From assembly GCA_965112735.1 (NCBI GenBank), contig OZ218955.1:744001-808000 (forward strand): a DNA stretch of 64,000 nucleotides, given 5' to 3'. This stretch comes from Phaeosaccion multiseriatum. Its lineage: Eukaryota; Protista; Ochrophyta, other classes. The notes beneath the pieces are model-generated. The model was not told where the DNA came from. It searched no databases and saw only the letters and a program-made list of their open reading frames with translations. Below, piece after piece: positions 13,026 through 27,294 of this stretch (positions are counted from its first letter, which is position 1; each line of letters starts with the position of its first letter). Both the position numbers and the translations under genes were made by a program.

Positions 13026-15021
13026 ATGTCGGCGGTATCGCTGACATGCTCTAGCCTATTGATGCTCACCTCTGTTGCCACCGCTTGGGTAGTCAGTCCA
13101 TGTGCACTTTCTCGGCCCTTCGCACCACCACCTCCTCCACCACCAGCAGCAGCAGCAGCGACAGCAGCAGCAGGAGGAGGAGGTGCACGGTGTAAGATGG
13201 GCTGGACGAGGGCGCACGTTCGTCGGCGCGCAACGGAAGGGCGAGGAGAAGGCGAGGAGATGGGGGACGAGCTCCCTCAACGGGAGGAGCGACCCAAGAA
13301 GGGCAAAGAGGTTCACCGAGATGCGAGTGGAATACCTGTTGAGCCAGTCTACGCTCCTCGTATCAGCGCCTATAAGGCTCCGAACAGCAAGGCGACGAAG
13401 AGGATCCGCGCACAAGGGCAGAACAGACTGGAAGGCATTTCCAATCCCGCCAAGCTCAAAGTGGGTCGTGTGTGTGTGTGGGGGGGGGGGGGGGGGGGGG
13501 GTGGTGTGGGGGGGGGGGGTGGGTGGGTGGGTGGGGGAAAAGGGGGGAGGTACATGTGTTGCACTTGGGGAGGGGAGGAGAGGAGACAAGAGACACTACA
13601 CTACGAAGTGGGCCCAGGTTGTGGATGTCGTAATGCATTCACGACGGGCTTAGTGTATTCACAAGTGGCCACTGTGATCCATCTGCCATCAGCTTTCGAG
13701 GAGGGAAGGGGCGGGGCGGAGGGAACAGGGGTATCCTATGTATTGGCCCGCTTACATCAATCGTCGATGCTCCCCCCTCCCCCTCTCTCTCTGTCCCTCT
13801 CTCCCCTCCCCACCCTCCTTCCCCTCTGTTTCTCTCTCTCTCCTCTCTCTCTGTCTCTCTCTGTTGTGTGTGTGTGTTCTGTCTGTCTCTGTCTCTCTCG
13901 TCCCTCTCTCTCTCTCTCCCTCTCCCTCCCTCCCTCTCCCCCCACGACCGCCGCAGGTGATGGGGGGTTCCGTGAAAGGAAGGAGACTTGAGTCTCCTGA
14001 CGTGTACCTTCGCCCCATGATGGGCCGTGTGAAGGAAGCACTCTTCTCGACCCTCACAACCTTTGAGGTGTTTCGTCCCGGCCGCTCTCCTCGCTTTCTG
14101 GACCTGTTTGCAGGCTCCGGAGGTGTGGGTATTGAGGCGCTCTCCCGGGGGGCGGACCACGCCACCTTTGTGGACTTTGCTCAGGACTGTTGTGATACGG
14201 CGGAGAGGAACGTTGCCATTTGCGGTTTCGCGCCGGAGCAGGGGAGGTCTGTGTGTGCAGATGTGCTTGAGGTGATGCGGTGAGTAACTGCGGTGGGTAA
14301 GGTGAGATAGTGTAGGCAGTCAGTCAGTCAATCAGTCATTCAGTCAGTCAGTCAGTCAGTCGGTCATTGAGTGTCAGTCAGTCACTCAGTCACTCAGTCA
14401 ATCAGTCAGTTCAAAGCACACCACACAGATTTTTGCTCGTTCGTTCGTTGGTTCAGTATCGAGGGAAACAACCACCAGGTCGGGTGAATTGGGTGTGCCC
14501 CCAAGACAGGTCTGGAGGGAAGAGAAGAGCCTTGCTTCTTTCTCTTGCGCAACCCCTTTGCTGCCATGCCATACCCACCGATTGATTGCCTTACTCACTG
14601 CCTCCCTCACCCCTCTTCTTTCCACCCTCTCTCCTTCCTCACTCCCCTCCCTCCCTCCCTCCCTCACAGGAACCCCTCTCGCTTCCAGCTGGACACGGGA
14701 GTGCCTTTCGACGTCGTAACCGCCACCCCTCCTTACCAAGAGATTGTGTACAGCGAGCTCATCGACGCCATAATGCACAGCCCCTTGGTGGGCGAGGACA
14801 CCATAGTGGTGATTGAGTACCCGGTCGAGCTGGGCTGTCTCCCTCATCTGCTCGGGGAGGGTAGGATGGTGGGTCTCCGGAACCGCAAGTACGGGCGGAC
14901 GGTGGTGGCGGTGTATATCGTGCGGCCGTCAGGGAGTATCGATCTCGCTGACTCACGCCCGGAGGAGTTCATATCCCTCAAGAAGGTTAAGGGCGGACGG
15001 CCTGCGCAAAAGGGCTACTGA
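13026..15021 (+). CDS. rsmD: RsmD-like 16S rRNA m2G966 methyltransferase, probably plastid-targeted
   Basis: Exons about 13026-13460, 13958-14279, 14670-15021. Motifs GGSVKGRRL, LRPMMGRVKEALFS, SAM-binding LDLFAGSGGVGIEALSRGA, TPPY (DPPY-like), RKYGRT. N-terminus MSAVSLTCSSLLMLTSVATA-WVV is signal + ASAFAP-like. Confidence 0.9.
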
Positions 15022-15908
15022 ATTAATTTATCGCTATACTGAATTGCTTGAGCCATCTCAATGTCCATGGCCACCAACTATTGACAAAATAGAATAACTT
15101 TGATGACCTGGGTCTGTTGTACAATGTATTGTCTTCTTACCTCATAAGGTGTTCAATTCTAAAAATGCTCTTCGGGTCCAGTGGATGTGCTCCATCCTTC
15201 CTCCCTGCCTCCGACACACTTAAAATAAAGATTCAAACTGTGTATGCTGCGTACATCGTCAGAGCTATGCCTGAGCCTCCACCCACACCGCCCCCATACA
15301 AGAAACCGATTCTTACAGGGGAGGCGCGCGGACATGTACAACGCATGTGCCCGGAAAGCTGAGCTCCTACTCCTAAGATCCTCCTACGATGGCGAGGGTT
15401 CTTGACCAGACGGAGTCTCCTAGTGACCGGCCTTCGAGTGTCATCCATGGGGCACGGCCGTGAGAGGAGCATGCCTTCCTTCTCGTTCGTTGGGTTGCTG
15501 CTCGCCCGCCCGCCTGGTAAGGCCTTTCATCGCCCAGCAATGTAGGCGGCGTGTAGGTGCGTGGGTGCTGGTCAGCAGCAGTCAGGCCAGGCCAGGGCAT
15601 ACGGGTTACCCTGTGTGTGTGCGTGTGTGCAGGAAGTTTGTCGCCTGCCGCATTCCGCCGTGACAGCCCACTGGCAATAACGCTTCCACGCGCCGCCAGC
15701 TCCACGCTGATGGGGCTTCTCTTGTTGTGCCCTGCGTCAGTCGAAGCCTCGCAGCAGGTGTGTGTGGTCGGACGAATCGATCGGTCTCTCGGTCGCCGCG
15801 CACAAGGGCAGTCAAGGAGGGTATGCCAGGCAGGTGGCCTCTCCGCCGCCATCGGAAGTGGTGTCCTCCCGCCTCAAGGCCAGCTTTCCGTCCCGAAGCA
15901 CATCACCT

Positions 15909-16469
15909 TCATCCGTCTTCGTCGTCCTCCATCTCGTCCGTGTCCCAGCCCTCTCCCTCGCCACTTGTGCTCTCGCCGAAGAAGCTCATACGGTTGAAGG
16001 AGGAGCGGGGCGGGGCTGGGCACACCATGCCACACTCTCCTGCGGGGCACTCTGGTGGCACGGGTGGGCTGGGCGTCGCAGATCGATCATCAGCAAGCCG
16101 AGCGTCGCCCTCTACCAACGCGCTTCTGGTACTGTTGGCGGCTGAGATGTTGAGAGACAGAGCCCGGTACACGAGCCTCTGTCCCCCTCTCGTTCCTTCT
16201 CCTCCACGGTCGGTAGCCTCAGGTACAGCAGCAGGAGTAGGTGGCGGAGTGACCAATGCTGTGGCCCTTGTTGGTGTCGGTAGGCATGCTCCATCCTGAC
16301 ATGGCAGCTCTGTTGGGAGGTACTCCTGGATCCTCGCTCGCTTTGTCTGGCGCTGCTTGCATGCGTTGGCGCTGTCATCCACCTCTGGAGTCAGAACGAA
16401 GCGAGGAGGAGTGTGCAAGTATACAGCTCTGGGGGTCTCTGCTCTTTTCATCGACATGCTGATGGCCAT
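15909..16469 (-). CDS. Intronless disordered protein, CPPAPR/FF family copy B
   Basis: 186-aa ORF, clear paralog of 17920-18654 (KRARIQEY, QDGA, LSL.I, EGD.RLADDRS.TP, ECG.VCPAPPR, M.FFGES.SGE..GW, TDEME). Confidence 0.65.
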   Translation of the reverse strand: MAISMSMKRAETPRAVYLHTPPRFVLTPEVDDSANACKQRQTKRARIQEYLPTELPCQDGACLPTPTRATALVTPPPTPAAVPEATDRGGEGTRGGQRLVYRALSLNISAANSTRSALVEGDARLADDRSATPSPPVPPECPAGECGMVCPAPPRSSFNRMSFFGESTSGEGEGWDTDEMEDDEDG

Positions 16470-16845
16470 GATCCAACAAGCAGTCCTTGTAGCTCATGTG
16501 GATTGGGTGGCCTCTTTTCTTTTGGAGGGTGTGATATCCGTCGGCCTGCATCTGGTGAATGCTCCGTTGCAAAGCTAAAGAGTCGGCAGAGATTGCTACG
16601 CAGCTATAGAGGCGGTGGATCATATGTTCGTGCGTATTGGCCGGTCTTTTACGCGAGCCGTCGGGTGCAACGAATAAAACGTTTCAGAAATTGCACCACC
16701 CAGCAGGAAGGATTCTCCGATCCGTTTCCTTCGGGGCCTTTTTTTTTTTAATTGTGCGCACGCGCGGTGGAACGTGGCACGTTCTTGCGGGGCCTTCATT
16801 TGAGGGTGTAGGTAGCAGATGATGCGTGGGCTGGAGGGAGTGCAC

Positions 16846-17022
16846 GAGTGAGTGAGTGAGTGAGTGAGTGAGTGAGTGAGTGAGTGAGTGTGTGAATGTG
16901 TGAGAGTGCGGATGAGTGGGTGAGTGGGTGAGTGAGTGGGTGAATGCGTGAATGGGTGCGTGCGTGAGTGCGTGTGCGCGTGCGTGGGTGCATGAATGAG
17001 TGAGTGAGGGAGTGAGTGAGTG
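16846..17022. repeat. (GAGT)n/(GCGT)n microsatellite
   Basis: Direct reading. Confidence 0.9.
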
Positions 17023-17919
17023 GGGAGAGGAGGAAGAGCATCATCACGCCCTGTGCTGGACTGTGCCTCTCACACTCTGTGTCAAGAAGCCGCCCTGCCC
17101 TCTTTGTGTTTTGTGGTCCGAGCGTTACTGGCGTGAAGAAGTAAGGAAGGGGAGGAAAAAATATCGCTCCAAGTAGCTGGGCTGATTGAAGTGTTTGCGT
17201 CCCAAACTGTACATATTGTCCTTTTATTTGTCCTCTTCATCGCCTTTCCTATTCACTGTACTACCTACGCGCTTGCTCTGCGCGAAACTCTTCACATGTG
17301 TGTGTGTGTGTGTGTGTGCGTGAGTGCCATTCTGACCGCCTTCTCTGCCTACTTTTTACGTACACACTGACGCATGCGTGGAGTAATGGAGTCTTGTAAT
17401 GGAGTCTCCCCCATACAAGACGCAAAGTTCTCTCCGTACCCGGGGCCGAGCGGAGGAGTGAAGCTAAACTAAAGCTAAACACTCCGCTGGCTTGCTTGCC
17501 CTGCCTCCGAGTGATCAACCTCCAAGGCTGTCACCGGGGCCGAGCGCGGGGGGCAGCCCCCCCTTTTCGCCGCTCATCGTGTAGCGATGTGTGTGGGCGC
17601 GGGGGTGCGTGGGTGCGGGTCAGCAGCAGCATCCAGTCTAGCCCGGCGAGTGGTTCGAGGTGCAGTGCTGAAGTGTCCGCCCCTTGCACAAGAAGCAGGG
17701 GAGTACGCGTGCCGTGGTGGGGCCGTCGACAGGCTACTCCTGCTGCTCCTGCTGCTGCTGCTGCTACTGCTGCCGCCGTGTTGAAGCTTCTCTTGCGGCT
17801 CATCACGGGTGTCGGTTGGTCGGGCCACGCCCACTCCACTGCCATCGGCACGGCACGGTCCGGCGTCGTCTCCTGCTGCACCACCAGCAGGGTCATCTCC
17901 TTGCGCACCAGCACCAACC

Positions 17920-18654
17920 TCAAGGCCTGCTCTCCGTCCAGGTGAGGTCGCGGTCCTCCCCGCCCTCCATCTCATCCGTCCTGATGGCCCAGCCCCCTTC
18001 CTCGCCACTGGCGCTCTCGCCGAAGAACGTCATGCCTTGGCTGGAGGAGCAGCGGGGCGGGGCAGGGCACAACACGCTGCCACACTCCACCATCGGGGCG
18101 GAATTCCTTCTCCTCCCATGGGCCGGGAGTGTGGAGTGTTTCCCCTGGTACTGCTCTCCTCCCACTTGGCCGAAGGGGGGGCATGCTGGTGGCGTAGTAG
18201 ATCGATCATCAGCAAGCCGACCATCCCCTTCGGCCAAGGCGGTCGTCCCTGTGTTGTTGGCACTGAAGATATCCAGGGACAGCGACCGGTGCAAACGCCT
18301 TCTCCGTCCACAACTCGCGGTCCCTCCCTCACCGCCAGTGGCATCAGCAGGCACGGCCGCAGGAGGAAGAGGAGGACTGACCGTCGCCCTTGTTGCCCAG
18401 GCTCCGTCCTGTGGCTGCACTGATGGGAAGTCAATGTCGTATTCTTGGATCCTTGCTCTCTTGGACCGCGGCGGCGCACAATCACTTTGAGGTGGGAGGC
18501 GGCCGTGGCCGTTGCCATTGCAGTAGTAGGGGAGTGTGTCGCAGGTACTGCCACTGCTTGTGCAGCTACCTGTGTCACTATCGTGCCCTGACTCCTGCAA
18601 CACCTTTCTACAGAGGCTCATCTGTTTGGGCCAGCGTTGCCTCATCAGATTCAT
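17920..18654 (-). CDS. Intronless disordered protein, CPPAPR/FF family copy C
   Basis: First ATG at 18654 (MNLMRQ...). Paralog of copy B at protein and nucleotide level (GATCGATCATCAGCAAGCCGA shared) and shares HDSDTGSCTSS with copy A. Confidence 0.65.
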   Translation of the reverse strand: MNLMRQRWPKQMSLCRKVLQESGHDSDTGSCTSSGSTCDTLPYYCNGNGHGRLPPQSDCAPPRSKRARIQEYDIDFPSVQPQDGAWATRATVSPPLPPAAVPADATGGEGGTASCGRRRRLHRSLSLDIFSANNTGTTALAEGDGRLADDRSTTPPACPPFGQVGGEQYQGKHSTLPAHGRRRNSAPMVECGSVLCPAPPRCSSSQGMTFFGESASGEEGGWAIRTDEMEGGEDRDLTWTESRP

Positions 18655-18967
18655 TTGGCCTCGCTCGCGGGCCTTTTTTGGGGCTGGCTTCTTTCCACTC
18701 GTGCAGAGCACAGAGCAGGAGGAGAAGAAGAAAAAGCAACCACCCCCCCTCTTGCTGTATAGGTGCAACTGCTCAAAGGAAGTAGTAAAAGGAGCTGGCT
18801 TTTCTCGTGTTGGAGTTGCTGTGAATTCATTCGCACAACCTTGTCAGCAGGGCACAAGATCCCTCTGGCGGCAATTTGCCTCGTGACGAGGTGAGAAAAC
18901 GGCAAAACCGTTTTCCGAAAACGGCCAAAAATCGTCCTCCCTTTTTTCGCGACCCTGCTTCCTGCTT

Positions 18968-19530
18968 CTGGCCGGCTGGCGATCACTCACTCACTCACTC
19001 ACTCCCTCACTTCCTCACTCCCTCCCTCACTCACTCACTCACTCACTCACTCCCTCACTCCCTCACTCACTCACTCACTCCCTCACTCACTCACTCACTC
19101 TCACACCCTTTTCCCCATCGTCCACATTCTCGATAGCGCGCTATCGGGCCCCGGCGATAGCGGATAGCGTGCCGGCTGGCGGATAGCACGCCCCAACAAC
19201 CCCCCCCCCCCCCCAACAGCCGGCTGGCGCCGGCGATAGCGGATAGCGCGATAGCGGATAGCGTGCCAGCTGGCGCCGGCGATAGCGGATAGCGCGCCGG
19301 CTGGCGCCGGCGATAGCGGATAGCGCGCCGGCTGGCGCCGGCGATAGCGGATAGCGGATAGTGTATCAGGGGTCGATCACTCACTCACTCACTCACTCAC
19401 TCACTCACTCACTCACTCACTCACTCACTCACTCCCTCACTCCCTCACTCACTCACTCACTCACTCACTCACTCACTCACGCACCCACGCACTCACTCCC
19501 TCACTCACTCTCTCACTCACTCACTCCCTC
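18968..19530. repeat. GC-rich 31-bp GATAGC repeat array embedded between two (TCAC)n tracts
   Basis: Unit GCCGGCTGGCGCCGGCGATAGCGGATAGCGC repeated at about 19150-19360; perfect palindrome CGATAGCGCGCTATCG at 19131-19146; CGATCAC-(TCAC)n flanks at about 18980 and 19374. Confidence 0.9.
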
Positions 19531-19830
19531 ACTATACGGCACACGGAGCCGCGACTGACGCCTAGTTAATCATTTTTTTGGACCGCTTACGGCACTTCAG
19601 AGTCTTACACTCACATGGAGATCGTAAGAGAAATGAATGATCCAACTACCAGAGCCAATACAAGTCATCCAAACATGGGGCAACTGTGCTTCAAAGGTAA
19701 TATATATACATAATAATAATATATATATATATATGTATATATATAATGTACGTTTTGTATGTTATGTACGTGTGTGAGTGTGCCTATCCTTGTGGAGCAA
19801 TGAACTCGTCCACCACTCTCGTCCTCCTTT

Positions 19831-22708
<2,878 letters not shown>

Positions 22709-23146
22709 CGAGTACGAATAGGGTCGCAAAAGAGAAAAGAAACTAAAGGGAAGTTAGCATCGTCTCTGCCGCCGCCACCAGCTCATTCCACTCTTATGTC
22801 AAGCTATCTTCGAAATGAGAGATGAGTGAAAGAGAAGAGGAAGAATTGGGAAAAAGGAAAATTAGCAGAAAATTATTAGTTTTGCGTGAAACAGCCAGAC
22901 GTGTTGTATCGCCGTCGCCAAGTCTCAAAACTCTGCTTCTTTCTTCCTATTAAAGTTCCTTCTTTCTGGTGGGCCCCAACTTGTGGGCCCCTTCCCTCCT
23001 TTTTCCTTTTTGTTGTTGTTGTGTGTATTAGAGCTTATGGGCTCAGTATTGGCGCGCTTGAGGTGTATGTGTGTAAGCTGACAAACTCGACCTACTATCC
23101 TCAGACAAACTGTTCATCCGATCGAAGACTCTGATCGCTGACTCTG

Positions 23147-23535
23147 TCAGCGCCTGCGGGCAAGGTCCTCCTCAGCGGCGTTCTGGAGAGCACGGATACT
23201 CGCAGACACCAGCCTGGGGTAGCCACGCAGGGAGGGAGAGCAGGGGGGGAGGGAGGGAGGGGCAGGGGGTGAAGCAGAGGGAGGGAGCGGAAGGGGGAGG
23301 GAGGGAGGGAGGAAGGAAGGAAGGGAGGGACCTCATGATAAAAAATGGGCTGAGTCGCTTCGGTCCTCTTGGCGAGGCGAGGCACAGACCCTGAATGCCG
23401 CCACGCTCAAGTGGCGGAATGTAGGGCTGTTCGACATGACCTATCGGACACACTCGATAATTGTACATTACCTGCGCAGATGGTTAACGTCCTTCTTCAG
23501 AGTTTTTGGAGGCCCACTGGCAGTCGATATATCCC

Positions 23536-23605
<70 letters not shown>

Positions 23606-24408
23606 GCATCGCCCAAAAGTATGTCAGTGCACGCAGCTAGGTAACAAAGGCAACCACAGCATTAAACTGAAACTGAAACTATCCTATCCCCCGGGGCCTA
23701 CCTTGTCCCAGCATGGCGAGCACGTCCCCGGCGGAGTTGGCCACATTCTCCACAAGGACCTGCACACACAGCACACACACGCACACGTACACACACACAC
23801 AGCAGGGAGATATAAGCTGCAGTCAAAGGGGGAAAGCAGTAGGAGAGTAGAGGGAGGAGGAGGAGGAGGACCTCCAGGTACATGACAGTTACACCTCAGT
23901 TACGTAACGGTACGTACCATGACCTTGTCCTCCATGATGGTCTGCATGGCCTGCCTCTCATTGGCGAGGTCTTCGCAGCGCCGCCGCATCTCCTCTTCTT
24001 GTCCTCCACCTCCACTGCTGCCCAGATGGCTGCTGCTGCTGCCATCTGTAACTCTGCTACCACCACCACTCCCCCCACCACTGCTCCTGGCCATGTCGCC
24101 ACCGAACCTGTCATCGACGCCGTCACTGCCCTTCTTCTCCTCCTCCTCCACCTCCTCCTCCTCTCTCCTTCGAAGCTCGCCCCTCAGACGGTCGTTTTCT
24201 TCCTGCAACTGTTGCACCAGAGACGACAGCAAGGCGCTCCCCTCCCCGCCCCCCTCTTGCTGCTGTATCACCAACTGCTGCACTGCCGCCGCCTCCGGGT
24301 CTGTTGTTTGACTGTGTGCATCGAGAGCATTCACCAAATGTCCGCTCTCCCTGTGTGTGTCCAAGCGATACGGGCAAGCAAGCAAGCCACAAGAGAACAC
24401 AAACACAT

Positions 24409-24441
<33 letters not shown>

Positions 24442-24866
24442 CATATACATCAGGAGGAAGAGGAGGAGGAGCAAGGTTGGTGCTCGGCCAACCACAAAAG
24501 GAAATTTGGGCAAGTCGCAAGCAGGCACGTACACACACACACACACACGCACACACGCACACACGCACACACGCACACACGCATACACCCACTCGCGTGC
24601 TTTTTTCCAATGCAATCTCCCCCACTTCCGTCTCCATCTGTATGTCTTACCTGACCGCTTCAACAGCGGCGGTGTTTGAGTTTGCGCTTGCCTCGCCGTT
24701 GCCACTTCCAATGCTGCCGCTGCGAAAGTCACGACTACTCCGCTGCTGGGCATCCGCCCCACCCCCTCCACCTCCCCCTCCCATGTGTAGGTTATGCAGC
24801 CTTCCCTGGATCTCCGTTTGGACCAGCCTCTCCAGCTTCTCTCGAAGCAAGTAGTCCATCGATGTC

Positions 24867-24901
<35 letters not shown>

Positions 24902-27263
24902 ATGGGCAGAAGAAGAGTGTTCATGCAGGAAGATGGAGAGGGAGGGAGGGGGGAAGGGAGGGAGAGACAGAGAGGAGAGAGAAAGCGAGAGGGAGGGGGG
25001 TGAGTTGAGAGGGACATGAAAGGGACAAGAAAGAGACAGCCAGAGCGATTGGACGAGGTCTACTTCACTGAAACCGAAGAAACTGAAACTGATTCCTTAC
25101 CTTCTCTGCCTGCACGCCCTCGAGTTTGTTTCCGAGGCGGGCTACTTCCCCCTGCGCCACCGCAAGGGCAGCGGCCATCTCCTTGATCTTGTCCAGGGCG
25201 GAGAGAAGCTGGTGCTCCTGGTGGTGATCCAGTTGCTGCCCCTGTTGCTGCCCCTGTTGGTGATACGTGCTACTGGGGCCGTCCAGATGGCTCGTCGCTG
25301 TGGTGGATAGAGGCATATAGGGGGTTTGGAGTATGAGAAAGAGATCGGGGCGAGGGCGAGGGCGAGAGAGAGTGTGTGCGTGTGTGTGTGTGTGTGTGTG
25401 TGCGTGTGTCTTTCGACGGGACCTCCAAAACTAACATGTGCGGATGACGGCTACTTCTCCTCCCGCCTCCCCCACCCGACCCGACCCTTCCGGAGCGAAG
25501 GACAGGTCGTCGCCAACTGCGACGGTTGCTCCGCTGCTGTTGGTGCTATTGGTGCTATTGAGGTAGTCGCCAGCTGGGGCTCCGCTGCTGCTGGTACTGT
25601 TGAGGTAGTAGGAAGAGGTGTCGATGAGCTTGGCAGAGCCGATGCCCCCACCCCCGCCCTGAGTGGATGACGAGCGCTCGTGGCCTGGACGAGGATGAGG
25701 AGGAGGAGGAGGACGAGGAGAAGGAGGAGGAGGAGGAGGAGGAGGAGGAGGAGGAGGAGGAGGAGGAGGAGGAGGAGGAGGAGGAGGAGGAGGAGGAGGA
25801 GGAGGAGGAGGAGGAGGAGGAGGAGAGGAGAGGTGGGAAGGGGAGGGGAGGGGAGGGGAGGGGAGGGGAGGGAGAGGATACGAGAAGGGGAGATTAGAAT
25901 AGAGGGCAGAAGGAGGGCGCATGTGAGGCAACGCGGGCCCATCTTCCTTTCCCTCTTTCGCAGTGTGGGCATCGGCGGTTTGTGTCTAGAGCTTGTCACG
26001 GGACACTCGCAACAGGCAACAGTACACACGCACGCACGGCCGCACACACACACACACATACATATTCACACACACAAACATGCCCACCCACACATTCACA
26101 CACACATGCACCCTCTCTCTCTCTCTCTCACACACACGCACACATACACACGTACCCGCTGTGTGCCTCCCGTCCCAGCCCAGCGCCTCCAACAAATTTT
26201 GCTGCGATGACCCTGCAGCAGGCCGCACTCCCCCCCACCCTCCTCCTCCTCTTCCTCCTCCTCCTCCTCCTCCTCCTCCTCCTCCTCCTCCTCCTCCTCC
26301 TCCTCCTCCTCCTCCTTCTGTTGCTCCTGCTCCTGTATCACCAACTCCTACCCCGCCCCCCCCATCCCCCGCGGCATTGTGCTCCAACACGGCTGCCTTG
26401 ATGTGTATGAGCTGGGCCGTCTTCTCGTCGAGCTTCTCCTCGAGGTCCTTTTGGTGCTCGTCGTAACCGTCGAGTTCGTCCTTCAAGGAGTGGGGATTGA
26501 GGGGGGGGGGGGGGTGGAGGGGTAGAGAGAGAAGAGAGAGAGAGGGAGTGAAGTGTGAGTGTGTGTGTGTGAGAGAGAGAGGAGAGAGAGACAGAGGTAT
26601 CCAACCAAAAGTGAGGGGGGAGGGAAGGGTTGTGGTTGGTGGGAGTGGAAGCCTGGGTGGGGCCTTACTGACTCATGAATCACTGACTTACGACTCACTG
26701 ACTTATTACCTGCAAGGCGACGATCATCTCGTCCCTCTCGTTGAGCCTCTGAGTGAGCGCAATCATAATGTCGCGCTGCTTCAGGAGCAGTTGCTTGTAT
26801 CTGACGGGGCGGGGGATGGCAGTGCATGGGGGGGAAGGGACAGGGAGAGGGATGGCAGTGGACGGGGGGGCGCGGGAGCAACGCAAACACAGTCGGCAGT
26901 ATCGTTGACATCAGATCAGAATTGCGGAGGAGACGTGGTCTTGATTGCAGGTAACACACACGCACACGTACACGCACACGCACATACACGCAAGCACACA
27001 CACACACACACCGCAGTATGCACTCAATCAAATCTGCCCTCTCTCTCTCTCGGAGCTTCCCCTGGCCCACCCTGCCCCATCCCCTCATGGACCCGCCACA
27101 TAGACCCACCTGTCCACCTGGGCCTTCTCCTCTTCGATGGTCTCTCTCTCCACCTCGAGGGAGGCCAAGCGCTGTTCGTAGTCTCTGCGCATAACCTCGT
27201 GCTGCTCGCTGGAGAGGGAGAGAGGGTGAGGGAGGGAGAGGGAGAGGAAGAGATGGAAAAAAT

Positions 27264-27294
<31 letters not shown>

